From Candidatus Obscuribacteraceae bacterium (lineage in GTDB: Bacteria > Cyanobacteriota > Vampirovibrionia > Obscuribacterales > Obscuribacteraceae), in the NCBI GenBank assembly GCA_044226015.1, contig JBGAHS010000007.1:384001-448000 (forward strand): a DNA stretch of 64,000 nucleotides, read 5' to 3'. Made by a program: the position numbers and the translations under genes. The notes beneath the pieces were generated by a model. It searched no databases, had not been told where the DNA came from, and was given only the letters and a program-made list of their open reading frames with translations. Below are positions 39,501 through 49,154 of this stretch, in pieces. Numbering within the stretch: position 1 is the first letter of the stretch; every line of letters begins with the position of its first letter.

Positions 39501-42500
39501 CGCGATGTTTCCATCTGAGGACAGGTCGATTCGGGTATTTCCTCTACCGATTAGATTACTTAGCCCTATATCTTTGTTTGAACTCAAAGTCATGAATTGA
39601 GCCTTGCCGTTGCTGAACTGTTTGAAGTCCACAAAAGCCAGGTTGTTGTCTCTGTTTTGAATATAGATGTTTCCACCTTTTGAATCCACCCAGAAATTTC
39701 CAGATACAGCAGTCTGCAGGTTGTTCGCGCCGATGGTGCTAAATGGAACCGTTGCGTTAGCTGGGGTTGACTGTGTTGCTCCGATGTCTCCCAACCCTGT
39801 GTTCAGTCTTAGATCTTGTGATGTGATCACCGAGCCATTCAGCGTTTTGATTGTGCCTGTTCCGGTTGGATTCGTTTGCAATACAATGGACGCGTTAACG
39901 TCACCAAAGTTGCTTGCTACATCTATATTGTTTGCAGAAGTGAAGGTTGCAATCATGGGAGGTATGAAGGAGTGATGGCTCACGCTCACGTTGATCTGAC
40001 CAGCTTGTGACCCGAGGACAAGCGGAGTAGTAGGATTAAGTTGGGTGACTAATATCTGCCCTGCTCTCTGGTTGCCATCGCTGTCAGCGCTCAAAAGTAG
40101 GTTTATTCCATTTACTAGAAGTTTCTGTGCGCTGATTATTATGCCACCACCGCGTTTGTTAGAGCCTGTTTTAGCTGACGCATCAAGTGTGCCTGAAGTG
40201 ACAAATGCGATGGAGCCAGTCGGTGCCTCAAGCGCTACGCTGCCTCCTTGCGCGGAATTTGCGGTAACAGTCAGCTTACCTACATTGACCTGCATACCAC
40301 CCGTGCCAGTGTTTTTGACGCCGATGTTACCTCCGGCGCCTCCAGTGGCTGAGATAGAGCCTGTTATTCCATTGGTGATTCCCGTGCTTCCGTCGAGGAA
40401 AAACGGAAGGGTACCATTAGAAAGTAGCGAAATCATGCCACCATTGCCAGTGCCCTGTCCGTTGGCTGACAAACTACCTGTGATTTGCAGGTTTCCTGGA
40501 CCCGCTGTGCCGGCAAAGAGTGAGATATTGGCGCCGTTTCCATTGCCACTAGCTGCAGTGCTGAGTCCCGAAACGTCTACCGTGAGATCTCCCCCGGAAC
40601 TTATTGCAACGATGCCGCCGGCACCATTGCTTCCTGTTGCGGATATGTTGAAGGCGTTGGTCCCCGCTCCGATAGCGATGTTCTGTTTTGTAAGAGCACT
40701 GTAAATTGATACTGAACCACCTGTGGTGCCACTGCTTGATACTGCTACTGGGCTGTTGTTCGCATTAAAGGAGTACGAGCTTGCATTTAATCTGATCGTG
40801 CCACCAGTTCCGCTGCTTGAAGTCGCGCTGAGAGAAATGGCTGCCACTGGTGAGACGAAAGCGATTTTTCCCTTGCTGCTTGCATCGATGATTATGCTGC
40901 CTGCGGCTCCTGAGGTGCCGCTAGCTGATATTGCTTCGCTGAGTCCTATCCCACCAGTGCCTAGATTTTGCACAAGTACTTTTCCTCCAGTGGCGCCGTC
41001 CGCGGAGACTGCGCCTACACTGTTCGGATTGGTGGGCAATGTGTTGCTTGGCGAACCAATGAAGAAAGTCTTCGTGCTATTACTGACCAGGGTTATTGAG
41101 CCCCCTAGCCCGGTGTTTGAAAGGTTGAGGTTGCCGTTTACGAAAAGGTCTCCCTTACTCGCGTTGAGATTCAGGTTTCCAGCATTGCCAAGCGCAGCAC
41201 TCATGCTCAGAGCGCTTGCAGGCACGGTGACGCCGCCGCCAATGTTCATGATGCTTATGCTGCCACCATTTCCGCCACTTGCGTTCAAGCTTCCTTTTAA
41301 TCCATTTACTGGAGTTACAGTTGCTAGAGGATCAATCACAAATGGCTTAGAGGAATTGCTAGTGAGTTGAACTGCACCACCATTCTTTGTTGCCCCACCC
41401 GAAACATTTATGTTGAAGGCGCTAACATTGCCTTTGAGTGCGCTGAGAATAACAGCACCACCATTTCCACTGGAACTACTCAAGTCAAGGTCAGCTGACA
41501 CAGTGACATTGCCACCGCCCCGAGCATTCAAGGTAAGTTGTCCCGCATCGCCCGTGCTCTGAAAAGTGGCGGCTGCTGGAACGAATGATATTCCTCCAGC
41601 CCCTGTATTTGTAACAGTAATATTGCCGGCTGCGCTGCCTGAGACAGTCAATTTACTGGCATCCACAGCTATTACTTTCGCATTGAATGATTGCATTGTG
41701 ATGCTGCCACCTGCTCCGCTGACGCTACCGTTAGCGCTCAATTTCGTGTAGGTGATCTTTCCGGCTGCAGCGGTGAGTGCGATTGAACCAGCTGCTCCAG
41801 ATTGAGAGGAGACATCCAGCCCAGCAGCGTTTGTGAGACTGATATCTCCTTTTGTGGCGTTTATGGTTACAGTGGCACCACTGCCAGTGGTGCTAGGCGT
41901 TACTAAGTTGCCCAGAACCGATACGCCGGCAGCTGCATTGCTTAGTGTTATAGAACCAGCCCCGCTTCCAGAAATATCGATCGCGCCATTTACGCCGTTG
42001 ACTGGTATTTTGCTGCCATCGGAAATTGTCAGAATTTGAGTGCTGTTAGTATTGATGCTCAGATGTCCGCCGCTCAATGGAGCTGATGCTGAGGCTTTTA
42101 AGTTGATCGGTCCATCGACAAAAACTGTTCCTGTTTGTTTTGTTCCCAGACCAGCTTTTAGTATGAGTGTACCGCCGGAGGCATTGGACGCGCCAGCTGT
42201 TACTTGCAACCCCGCCGTGGCAATGCTGATATTGGAGGCAGCCGTAATGGAAACTGTTCCTGCATTTCCTGAAGATGAGTCGCCATTTGCGGACAGGGCA
42301 AAGTCGTTTATTCCATTACCTATGGTGACCTTACCTCCACGATTTGCTGTGGCGCCAAATCCGGTGGAAGTGATGTCGATCGTCCCGGCATTAAGTGCTG
42401 TAGAGCTGCCATCAACATTTAGTTGAAGATTTTTAGAGAGGACGAAGGAGTTGGCCTTAAGCGTTATTGTCCCTGCCGGAGCTTTAAGTGACGTTCCCGA

Positions 42501-45500
42501 GTTGGTCGCTGAGACGCTTATATTGGAACTCGCTGTGAGAGCGATACTTCCGCCATCACCTACTTGCAGTGAGGAGGAGTTGCTGATTAGCAAGCCACCA
42601 GTTCCAGTGTTGTTAATTGATATGCTTCCCGAACTCTTTCCACTTGCGTCAACGCCAGTAATTCCATTGACTCCGCTGGCATCACCAATATTGATTGCAC
42701 TAGTCGATTTTGTGCTAATCGAAATTGTGCCACCGTTACCACCTGTGGTGGCATCGGAGCTTGCTGAAAGTGTCCCTACAATTTTTACGTTACCTTGGCC
42801 GGAAGTTCCAGCGGCAATGCTGATCGTTCCTCCAGGGGTAGGACTACCTGCGGCTCCCGAAGCTTGGAGAGCGTTTCCAGAATTTATAGTGAGGTCTTTT
42901 CCAGCATTTATAGTTATTGCGCCGGCGCCTTTGCCACCCAATGTATCTACAGGACGAACATCTGCTCGTAATTCGCCTGCAGAAGAACCGAATGTGAGGC
43001 TTCCCGCAGCTGCTGTGATGCTAATTATGCCACCGTTATTCTGTCCTCTTGAGCTGATTCCCGAGTTAGATATAGCATTAACTGAGTTTGCCGTCAGCAA
43101 AACAGTGGGTACCGATGTCGTACTTGTTGTGGTGTTAGTTACGTTTCCATTTAGCGTAATGGTTCCGCTGGCGGTGACAACTATTGAGCTTGACTTATTC
43201 AATGCGTTGGAAAGACTCGTAGCGGCTAGCTGTATGTTGCCGCCCGAAAGGACTGTAATGTTGTCTCCGTTAGAAACGAGAGGACCTGCAACTGAAATCG
43301 AGCCTTGTGAAATGCCGCTGCCTTTGGCTGGTGTAGCGAGTCCTGTAGCGTCATAGCTTATGTCTGTAGTAGCTAGCTGCGAAGTATTGATCGCGATCGA
43401 GCCAGTGCCATCAGAACTTGGTCCGCCTGCTGAATTTATAGAGCCAGCGCTTACGGTGTTGCTTGCGTTAGCGCCAGCCAGCAATAAGATTGAACCGTTA
43501 AGTGTATCGCCACCAGAGCCAGATGATATGTTAGAACCGGAAGGAGTTTCGATTCGCCCCGAACCATTCGTATTGCCTAATGTAGCGACAAGGCTAATAT
43601 CACCGGCTTTGAAGGATGAGGATGCCGTGCTGATAGAAGATACTGCTGCACCACTTTGATTAAGTAGTATGCTACCGCCAGTGAAAGAAGGACCTTTAAT
43701 CAAAATGGAATCATTCTTGCTTCCGTTTACTTCGGTATCGACACCCGCGAACATGGCAATTCTGCCTGAATCCTTGATGCTGGATGTTGTGCTGATGACC
43801 GCGCCACTGAACACGGACGTAATGTTTCCACCTGCAAAGATCCCAATATTTCCGCCTTGAGTGCTCACTGAACCTACAGCGAGATCTTGTCCTGCCACCA
43901 TCAGAATGTTGGCTCCATCCGTTTGTACAGAGCTACTTGCAGAAGAGCCTACGACCATGGAAGCTCTTTGTGTTGCGCCTGCTGTAATGGTTCCAGTCAT
44001 CGTGCCATCAAGAATCTGAACAGAACTCATCGTCACTGAGGAAGTTTGCATTATGACGCCACCTGTACCGGTAGCAGTCAGGTCACCAACGGTGTTGATA
44101 GTTCCTACGGTCATGCCAGTGCCGTTTACTGCACCGGAAATAAGAGTAACGTCTCCGTTTGTGTTGATTCCGCCGGTCAATATTGAACTAGAGTTTCCGA
44201 GGTTTACTTGACCTGAGCCAGCATCTGCACCAGCCATGCCTATAACTGTTACTTTTCCACCGTCGGCAGTCTTGCTTGTGGCATCGATCGTTACTGGTGC
44301 TGCGCTGAAATTGATACTGCCTCCAGTGGCTGAAGGACCTACAACTGTCAGCGCAGTGCTGCTGTCGTTGGAATTGCCAGTATCGGTAGCGTCCGGTATG
44401 GGAACTGCCAGCAGTTTGGCTCCTGCAATGATCGTGATAGCTCCTGCCTGTGATGCGGCTGAGCTTGTATCAATCTTGAATGTTGAGGTTGACGTGACGT
44501 CACCTCGAGCCACAATTGCTACATCTGCTCCCGGAGAAAGTACATCTCCCGACAGAGTAATATTTCCATTTGTGTTGAAGTATGTTGGGTCGCCTGATAT
44601 GTCCAGTGTTCCCAATTGCAAATTTGGAGTTGCTGCTGTGACATGAGCCTCGCCAGCCGAAATGTTCACGACGCCAGTTACATTCCGGGCATCGATATCT
44701 ACGGAGCCGCAAGCACCAAATACATTCAAGTTCTTGGACAGAAGATCTCCGCCCAATAACTGAAAGTTGGTCTTTCCTACATTTGAAATATCTCTGACGT
44801 TGATATCGCCAAGCAACGCTTGCAAGCTTCCACTTGTGTTGTTAACGAGTATGTTAGAAAGCATAGCGGCAGTGATATTGATGTTCCCACTGGTACTACT
44901 AATGATACCGCTATTTACAATGTTGCTTGCATTCAGAGTGAGGTTTTGCAGCGCAGTAAGAGATGCAATTGCGTTGCTAGCAGAATTTACCAGGCTATCG
45001 GAGGCATTAAGAATTAAGGAACCTGAGCTGCTTATTGAGCCAGCATTGTTTATGTTGGCTGCCGTCAAGGTCATATTTAGATTGTGAACAGCTCCAGTAA
45101 TACCGAGTAATGAATTGGGAATTACTGTGGAGATCAAGCCTCCCGGTAAATTGAATATGTTAGAGGCATTGATGTTTGCGGTCGATATTGCAGGGTTATT
45201 GCTATATGAATAGAACTTGCCTGCGTTACTCAAATCGCCACTGAAATTCAGAGTGCTCAACGAACTAAAATTCGCTAACGCTGTGACGCCATTCGGTACG
45301 TTAAGAGCACCGAGAGAATGACCGATGTCTGATGTGACACTGAACCTTCCGCCAACAGCGCTGCCTTGCTGATTGATTAGGATTGTTTGTTTGCCACCAT
45401 GCAAAACTTGAGATAGAGCTACGGCTTCCGCTGGCGTCAGCATTTGCCCTGGGCTAATTAATTGTCTGTGATCTCCAACCCTGATAGCGACCGGGTCCTG

Positions 45501-45701
45501 ATTGCTGGCTGGAATCGTTGCGCTGTTTGAGCCGAGATTGTAGGACTGTCCAAGCGCTGGTACAAACTGACCCAGCATAACCGTGCTGCTCAAGACGCTG
45601 AGGAGTTTGAATTGCAAGTTTCGGTGCGGCCGTTTGAATTTGACTGGCGTAAACCGGAATGGTTTGATCAGGTTTTTCAGCCAGCGGTGACGAATTTGCA
45701 T
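36504..45701 (-). CDS. Giant-2: 3065-aa secreted Gly/Ser/Thr/Asn-rich (hemagglutinin-like) protein
   Basis: ATG with GAGG RBS. Long basic N-region, then an h-region ending in PALG. Shares the TPAE...QV, AGEAHV and GDPT[YF]FN motifs with Giant-3. Has GxGG repeats and an acidic tail. Confidence 0.92.
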   Translation of the reverse strand: MQIRHRWLKNLIKPFRFTPVKFKRPHRNLQFKLLSVLSSTVMLGQFVPALGQSYNLGSNSATIPASNQDPVAIRVGDHRQLISPGQMLTPAEAVALSQVLHGGKQTILINQQGSAVGGRFSVTSDIGHSLGALNVPNGVTALANFSSLSTLNFSGDLSNAGKFYSYSNNPAISTANINASNIFNLPGGLISTVIPNSLLGITGAVHNLNMTLTAANINNAGSISSSGSLILNASDSLVNSASNAIASLTALQNLTLNASNIVNSGIISSTSGNINITAAMLSNILVNNTSGSLQALLGDINVRDISNVGKTNFQLLGGDLLSKNLNVFGACGSVDIDARNVTGVVNISAGEAHVTAATPNLQLGTLDISGDPTYFNTNGNITLSGDVLSPGADVAIVARGDVTSTSTFKIDTSSAASQAGAITIIAGAKLLAVPIPDATDTGNSNDSSTALTVVGPSATGGSINFSAAPVTIDATSKTADGGKVTVIGMAGADAGSGQVNLGNSSSILTGGINTNGDVTLISGAVNGTGMTVGTINTVGDLTATGTGGVIMQTSSVTMSSVQILDGTMTGTITAGATQRASMVVGSSASSSVQTDGANILMVAGQDLAVGSVSTQGGNIGIFAGGNITSVFSGAVISTTSSIKDSGRIAMFAGVDTEVNGSKNDSILIKGPSFTGGSILLNQSGAAVSSISTASSSFKAGDISLVATLGNTNGSGRIETPSGSNISSGSGGDTLNGSILLLAGANASNTVSAGSINSAGGPSSDGTGSIAINTSQLATTDISYDATGLATPAKGSGISQGSISVAGPLVSNGDNITVLSGGNIQLAATSLSNALNKSSSIVVTASGTITLNGNVTNTTTSTTSVPTVLLTANSVNAISNSGISSRGQNNGGIISITAAAGSLTFGSSAGELRADVRPVDTLGGKGAGAITINAGKDLTINSGNALQASGAAGSPTPGGTISIAAGTSGQGNVKIVGTLSASSDATTGGNGGTISISTKSTSAINIGDASGVNGITGVDASGKSSGSISINNTGTGGLLISNSSSLQVGDGGSIALTASSNISVSATNSGTSLKAPAGTITLKANSFVLSKNLQLNVDGSSTALNAGTIDITSTGFGATANRGGKVTIGNGINDFALSANGDSSSGNAGTVSITAASNISIATAGLQVTAGASNASGGTLILKAGLGTKQTGTVFVDGPINLKASASAPLSGGHLSINTNSTQILTISDGSKIPVNGVNGAIDISGSGAGSITLSNAAAGVSVLGNLVTPSTTGSGATVTINATKGDISLTNAAGLDVSSQSGAAGSIALTAAAGKITYTKLSANGSVSGAGGSITMQSFNAKVIAVDASKLTVSGSAAGNITVTNTGAGGISFVPAAATFQSTGDAGQLTLNARGGGNVTVSADLDLSSSSGNGGAVILSALKGNVSAFNINVSGGATKNGGAVQLTSNSSKPFVIDPLATVTPVNGLKGSLNASGGNGGSISIMNIGGGVTVPASALSMSAALGNAGNLNLNASKGDLFVNGNLNLSNTGLGGSITLVSNSTKTFFIGSPSNTLPTNPNSVGAVSADGATGGKVLVQNLGTGGIGLSEAISASGTSGAAGSIIIDASSKGKIAFVSPVAAISLSATSSSGTGGTIRLNASSYSFNANNSPVAVSSSGTTGGSVSIYSALTKQNIAIGAGTNAFNISATGSNGAGGIVAISSGGDLTVDVSGLSTAASGNGNGANISLFAGTAGPGNLQITGSLSANGQGTGNGGMISLLSNGTLPFFLDGSTGITNGITGSISATGGAGGNIGVKNTGTGGMQVNVGKLTVTANSAQGGSVALEAPTGSIAFVTSGTLDASAKTGSNKRGGGIIISAQKLLVNGINLLLSADSDGNQRAGQILVTQLNPTTPLVLGSQAGQINVSVSHHSFIPPMIATFTSANNIDVASNFGDVNASIVLQTNPTGTGTIKTLNGSVITSQDLRLNTGLGDIGATQSTPANATVPFSTIGANNLQTAVSGNFWVDSKGGNIYIQNRDNNLAFVDFKQFSNGKAQFMTLSSNKDIGLSNLIGRGNTRIDLSSDGNIAMFGNLFFKSFITAPQINIKAAGTITQPQGSYVGEKNASLLISAGAGDINLVSTNASTIKLIGNGANISLNNLGTISNLIIAKNTQFNNVTVSANGSIALVREDATSLSQVSGKLTLKTNPGSNGSIIISTPLKAADLNLDADGFGNLIETVSILQIDLSNSATLKSGVGNIGSSFAPYQLQAPTVTLSTGGAGMVYVSDFLSTGVTLKSSQSGGAFQFDAGGQLTISGDITAKYGFVDISINNLTTTGLLKVDDNVTIFAGGAGGRSSALTLDNASKNSEIQIGNGAQLISNGQMNLTFNFNPGSKGSVFTNSNFNIYTSGSNNIYLAGDGTVVANGPTKDAAFATGADILFYTGTTGQFSTPGKLTIDEGASFTARAPRTGLTSLDFTDKVASDGIRFFATQPNSGIKVANLSPATGAISSGDIYIDSSVDLTMLAALNIPAKVTVHFTGFDQNSPIGIRRENDGNPFVTPKNISIAGKLIFEQSNSKFTSTVPSSPQIAVLSTIPGATFSLASTGSITSDANLTVFSGGDASIAGSMSAPAHLSFIASAGNNFKTNAATPGTLSGAISLNGKLTSVSTTGLANLDVSTTAGFFQTGGAIQADTFNLKVVGSNQILQKNGTITAKNMNVLGGEFGATFSLTKNAFNVQNASYMDNQVAGSNLVIGSNSQLTLTGWTDTARIVGPTIRIGTSSFFCTYCTAESQHLTLDGDIATSLAGYGTVLVKNQTASSSLLIDGDSSLHGTNGVTVLMTNGAGNLTVTAFSIFTTAGNILVDSKGSTNLSNFIEGGQLANFNGPVFAPWTIQTRSAITVNSAKDLRLSVVAPSFWDTTNDITVKAANIDLGSFTTIMAYGGNVSILGSGNISSGINNKIEAHAYGSAATNITGGVIELSAGSTVSTAAASILLPPGTRPLDTFGASISGSGAVQYNVTTTGIITLNSILTLQGGAITVTAKGKTVSIPSATLKSFSYRPISYPEYVDTQNSDDELIVDADDGLEF

Positions 45702-46099
45702 TGCAATACCTCATTTTTCAAGTGAAGCGATGAAGCTTTCTTAGAGCTCACAGAGATCTGGATTTTACATTCAATATATGAAAATTGTCTGAATCTGAAT
45801 TAACCACTTCTTGGCAAGCGCGGCGCGTTCGTCCGTAAACGCTTGGGAGGCGAGGGCGCTGGGCCGCTTGGGTTGCAGTCCTTGCAAATGGCAAATGCCG
45901 CGTTTGTGTTAGTTTTTTGCGAATGTCGGCCAAAATTGTAAGGTAAGCAACATTTTGCCTTGCCAGTTGCTCTTCCGGTTGGCGGTTTTCCTGCATCAAC
46001 CATTGGGATGATTTTAAACTACAAATGCTTACTCACCTTGACCGATGAATAAATCAGTTGAATTGGTAATAATTGGAAATGGATTTTAGGAGCATCGAA

Positions 46100-46471
46100 A
46101 TGATAAAGCGGTTTTTTGAAATTCTGAGTATTCCTCTGGTAATCATTTTACTTACTGCTCCCGCGATCTCGAAAGGCTCTAACAAGCCTGATGGCGCAAA
46201 ATTATTTGCACAATATTGTTCAAAGTGTCACGCTGGTGGTGGCAATTCTGTGAAACCGAAACATCCAATAGCTGGTTCAAAACAGCTCAATAACATGCTT
46301 GTGTTCAAAGCTTATTTGAATGAGCCACCAGGTCACATGCCCTACTATCAGAATCTTGTGAAAGACAAAGAACAGGTTCAAGCTCTATACGATTTTTGTA
46401 AGTCTCGCTATGGAGAATCGACCCAAAAACAGTCAAGCATTTTTCGAGATCAATTGTTAGCGCAGGAATAG
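46100..46471 (+). CDS. Monoheme class I cytochrome c, c6-like
   Basis: Signal peptide, GAKLF..YCSKCHAGGGN and distal Met in PPGHMP. AGGAG RBS before ATG 46100. Confidence 0.88.
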   Translation: MIKRFFEILSIPLVIILLTAPAISKGSNKPDGAKLFAQYCSKCHAGGGNSVKPKHPIAGSKQLNNMLVFKAYLNEPPGHMPYYQNLVKDKEQVQALYDFCKSRYGESTQKQSSIFRDQLLAQE

Positions 46472-46507
46472 ACAACGCACTATATTTGGTGCGTGGAGGA
46501 CTGACAA

Positions 46508-47317
46508 ATGAGCTTAGGAAACGTTATGAATTCTGAATCAGAGATTCATTTGTGGCAGGCAAAAATTGGTGCCGGTCGAATGGCATATCAGAGTGGGCTT
46601 TATCCTCAGGCAGCACGGCATTTTAGGGCTGCGATGGAAATGGTAAAGGAAAAGGATTTGCCTGCCGACCTGCTAAGTATTTCTATGTTGAATCTCGCAA
46701 AAACGCTTGGGTCCATCGGTGAGTTTGCCGAGGCAGAAGAGTTGCTTAAGAAGACTCTGTCTTTTGACGAATCTGAATTCGCTGTTGATTCGACCATGGC
46801 GGTTGAGTTGATAGAAGACTTTCATCAGCTAAGTTTGCTTTACTGGCGAGCTTCGCGGGTAGAAAATGCTCGGCAAGCCTTGCAGCGTGCACTTGAGTTG
46901 CTGTCAAAATCCAAGGACATTCCAGATGAATTGATAGCTAAATTGCTTAAGCATCAAGCAGTTCTAGCTGAGTTGAGCGGTGATTTGCAGCAATGTGAAA
47001 AGATGGTGAATAAAGCAATCGCTTTTATAGCTGAAAGTAAAGTCCTTGGAAAATATTCCACCATATATGGTGACTGCCTGTTTGTTAAGGTTGTCTTGCT
47101 CACCGAACAAAACCGATTTGATGAGGCTCTGGAAAACTATCGAGAAGGCATGCATGTTATGGAGCTGACTCATGGAGAAATGCATCCAAAAATTGTTGAA
47201 CATTTGGAGGTTCTAGGAAAGCTTGCTGCGAAAAAGGGGTTCGCAGACACCGCAGATCATCTGCTGAAGAAAGCTGAACACATGCGCCTCCAATTGAGAA
47301 AGAAAGACGCGTTTTAG
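46508..47317 (+). CDS. Tetratricopeptide-repeat protein
   Basis: Repeated helical A..L...AL / LA..L...G.F.EAE.L patterns. GGAGGA RBS. Confidence 0.8.
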   Translation: MSLGNVMNSESEIHLWQAKIGAGRMAYQSGLYPQAARHFRAAMEMVKEKDLPADLLSISMLNLAKTLGSIGEFAEAEELLKKTLSFDESEFAVDSTMAVELIEDFHQLSLLYWRASRVENARQALQRALELLSKSKDIPDELIAKLLKHQAVLAELSGDLQQCEKMVNKAIAFIAESKVLGKYSTIYGDCLFVKVVLLTEQNRFDEALENYREGMHVMELTHGEMHPKIVEHLEVLGKLAAKKGFADTADHLLKKAEHMRLQLRKKDAF

Positions 47318-47339
47318 AAGTAAATATGAGGAGATTTAG

Positions 47340-47768
47340 ATGAGCAAATCAATCTATGGACTGCTGGTATGCTTGATACTTTGCCAGGCTGTTTTGGTAT
47401 GCTCGTCGACCGCTCAAGCTAATGAGAAGGCGCAAAAGAAAGGCACTGCCAAGAAAGCTAGTGTTAAGTCAAAGCCTAAGATGACTTCGGCTGAAGAAGT
47501 AAAGGAAGGCAAAGTCCTATTCAAAGCCTACGATTGTGCTGCCTGTCACACCATTGAAGGAAAAGGCTGCACGGACGGCATTGCGTTGGATCACGAAGGA
47601 GCCAAGAGAAGTGAACAGTTCATTTTTGATCAGTTGAAAGATCCTGAAGCTCATGTGAGCAAAAATCCGAAAGCGTTTGGTGGCGATCCTGTCAACCTCA
47701 TGCCCAAAACAGACTTTGAACCTAACGAGCTCCGACTCATATGCAAATATCTGCACAGCCTTAAATAG
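47340..47768 (+). CDS. Monoheme cytochrome c
   Basis: Signal peptide ending AQA, Lys-rich linker, CAACH heme motif and distal Met in NLMP. GAGGAG RBS. Confidence 0.88.
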   Translation: MSKSIYGLLVCLILCQAVLVCSSTAQANEKAQKKGTAKKASVKSKPKMTSAEEVKEGKVLFKAYDCAACHTIEGKGCTDGIALDHEGAKRSEQFIFDQLKDPEAHVSKNPKAFGGDPVNLMPKTDFEPNELRLICKYLHSLK

Positions 47769-47787
47769 CTTTTGATGAAGGTATTTT

Positions 47788-48252
47788 TCAGGAGCCTTTG
47801 GTCTTCTCTGACAGATCTAAGCGCAATACTTCAACTTTGCAGGATGTTTTGCTTTCGATTTCGCGGGCTATATCTTCGATCTTTTGCCGTTCGCCAGGGT
47901 CAACATTGTGAGCGGGCATCATGATTACGGATGGTCCCCAATCTGTGGCGGTGCTCATTATCTCAGCTTTGAAGTCTCCTTCTCTGAGTTCGAAATGAGT
48001 CCTTCCTTGTGGAACCTGTTCAAGTAGTTTCCTGCGGGCATTGCTAACAAGGTTATCTGCGAACGACCGCCTCTTCTTGCTCAACTCAAGCTGCATTCCT
48101 GCCCACTTTTCGCCCGCCCAATTAGCGTCTCCTAGTGAGTGGGATATGTAGACGAGCTTAAACTCAGTGTTTTCAGCCCAGGGTCTATGACAGATTATGT
48201 CCAAGGCGTGCTCGGAAAAGGGTGAATCGTCTAGTGCGACCAGGACTTTCAT
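47788..48252 (-). CDS. Universal stress protein (UspA family)
   Basis: MKVLVALDDS.FS..AL, EGD....I...A..W....I.M and C.VEV motifs. GGAG RBS. Confidence 0.88.
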   Translation of the reverse strand: MKVLVALDDSPFSEHALDIICHRPWAENTEFKLVYISHSLGDANWAGEKWAGMQLELSKKRRSFADNLVSNARRKLLEQVPQGRTHFELREGDFKAEIMSTATDWGPSVIMMPAHNVDPGERQKIEDIAREIESKTSCKVEVLRLDLSEKTKGS

Positions 48253-48758
48253 ACGTGCTCCAAAAGGATCAACTTAAATACTGACATATTTGCAAGTGTT
48301 TCAACATCAACCGAGTTGCTGAATTGCAGCCCCCATAAGGCGGAGAAACCAATCGTCTATGTCGTAATCATCCAGCAGGTTTCGGACGTTTATGAAGTGC
48401 AGGTGCTCTTGTCCGACCTCATTGAAAACGCAACTATTGTGGGCAAAAACGCTGAGCTTCTACACGTCAACCTGCTACCAGGTTGTCCGGACGTGTCACT
48501 GGAACTAATGTCACCAATGATGGTGGCTATTGTCGTCTCCTCCTGCTTCGTTGAGAATACACTCTTTTGCTGGCTGCTCCAACTGCTAGCCAAAAAAGAC
48601 TCGATAAAGTCCTCGTAGAAAGAGAATCTAGCCGTCGCAATTGCGTAGGATGGTTTAACTCCTCCTCTGAAGAGTGAACCCTTTGTTCGACTTAGCTCTT
48701 CTGTCGCTCTTCAGGTAGGATGGGGCTTGTAGATAAGAGCGGCATTTTAGAAACCGCC

Positions 48759-48806
48759 TCCATTGAGAATTCGCTTCCATTGAGAATTTAGCTCCACTTA
48801 GAATTC
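48759..48806 (+). repeat. Three 17-bp-period direct repeats TCCA(T/C)T(G/T)AGAATT in the Giant-3 upstream region
   Basis: tccattgagaatt (48759), tccattgagaatt (48776) and tccacttagaatt (48793). A weaker fourth copy lies at ~48741. Confidence 0.8.
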
Positions 48807-49154
48807 ACACCAGCAAGCTCAGTCCTAACGAGGTTAATGTTGACTCGGGGTGCAGAAGGAGTTAACTCCAAATTGTGCGTCGGTTCGGGAGCCGCTGACT
48901 CAATTCACTGGAGGTTCAAAACTAAGCCGTTAGTTTTAATTGGTTCTTTAGCCGTGACCCCACTAATGCTGTAGCGCCGTTGAAAGCTAAGCCAGCAAAT
49001 GTTTCCAGCTTACAGTTACCTGTCTTGAAGCTGAAAAGTATCTTTAAATTAGACCTTAGAATGAACCAAAAGAGTAGAATTAGACTCTTGTAGGCGATCC
49101 GATGCAGCTAACTTGCTTGGCGACTTTGCTTCGGGTCTTTCGTGAGGGCTGAAG

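Noticed and set aside
45702..46072. Riboswitch (e.g. c-di-GMP) in the leader of Giant-2
   Set aside because: A GC-rich patch is present, but I could not identify the conserved aptamer motifs on either strand.
48307..48618. 100-aa plus-strand ORF, and a start-less minus-strand frame (...EVGQEHLHFINVRNLLDDYDIDDWFLRLMG...)
   Set aside because: There is no RBS or recognisable family. The minus frame looks protein-like but has stops upstream. A pseudogene remnant cannot be supported without a homology search.
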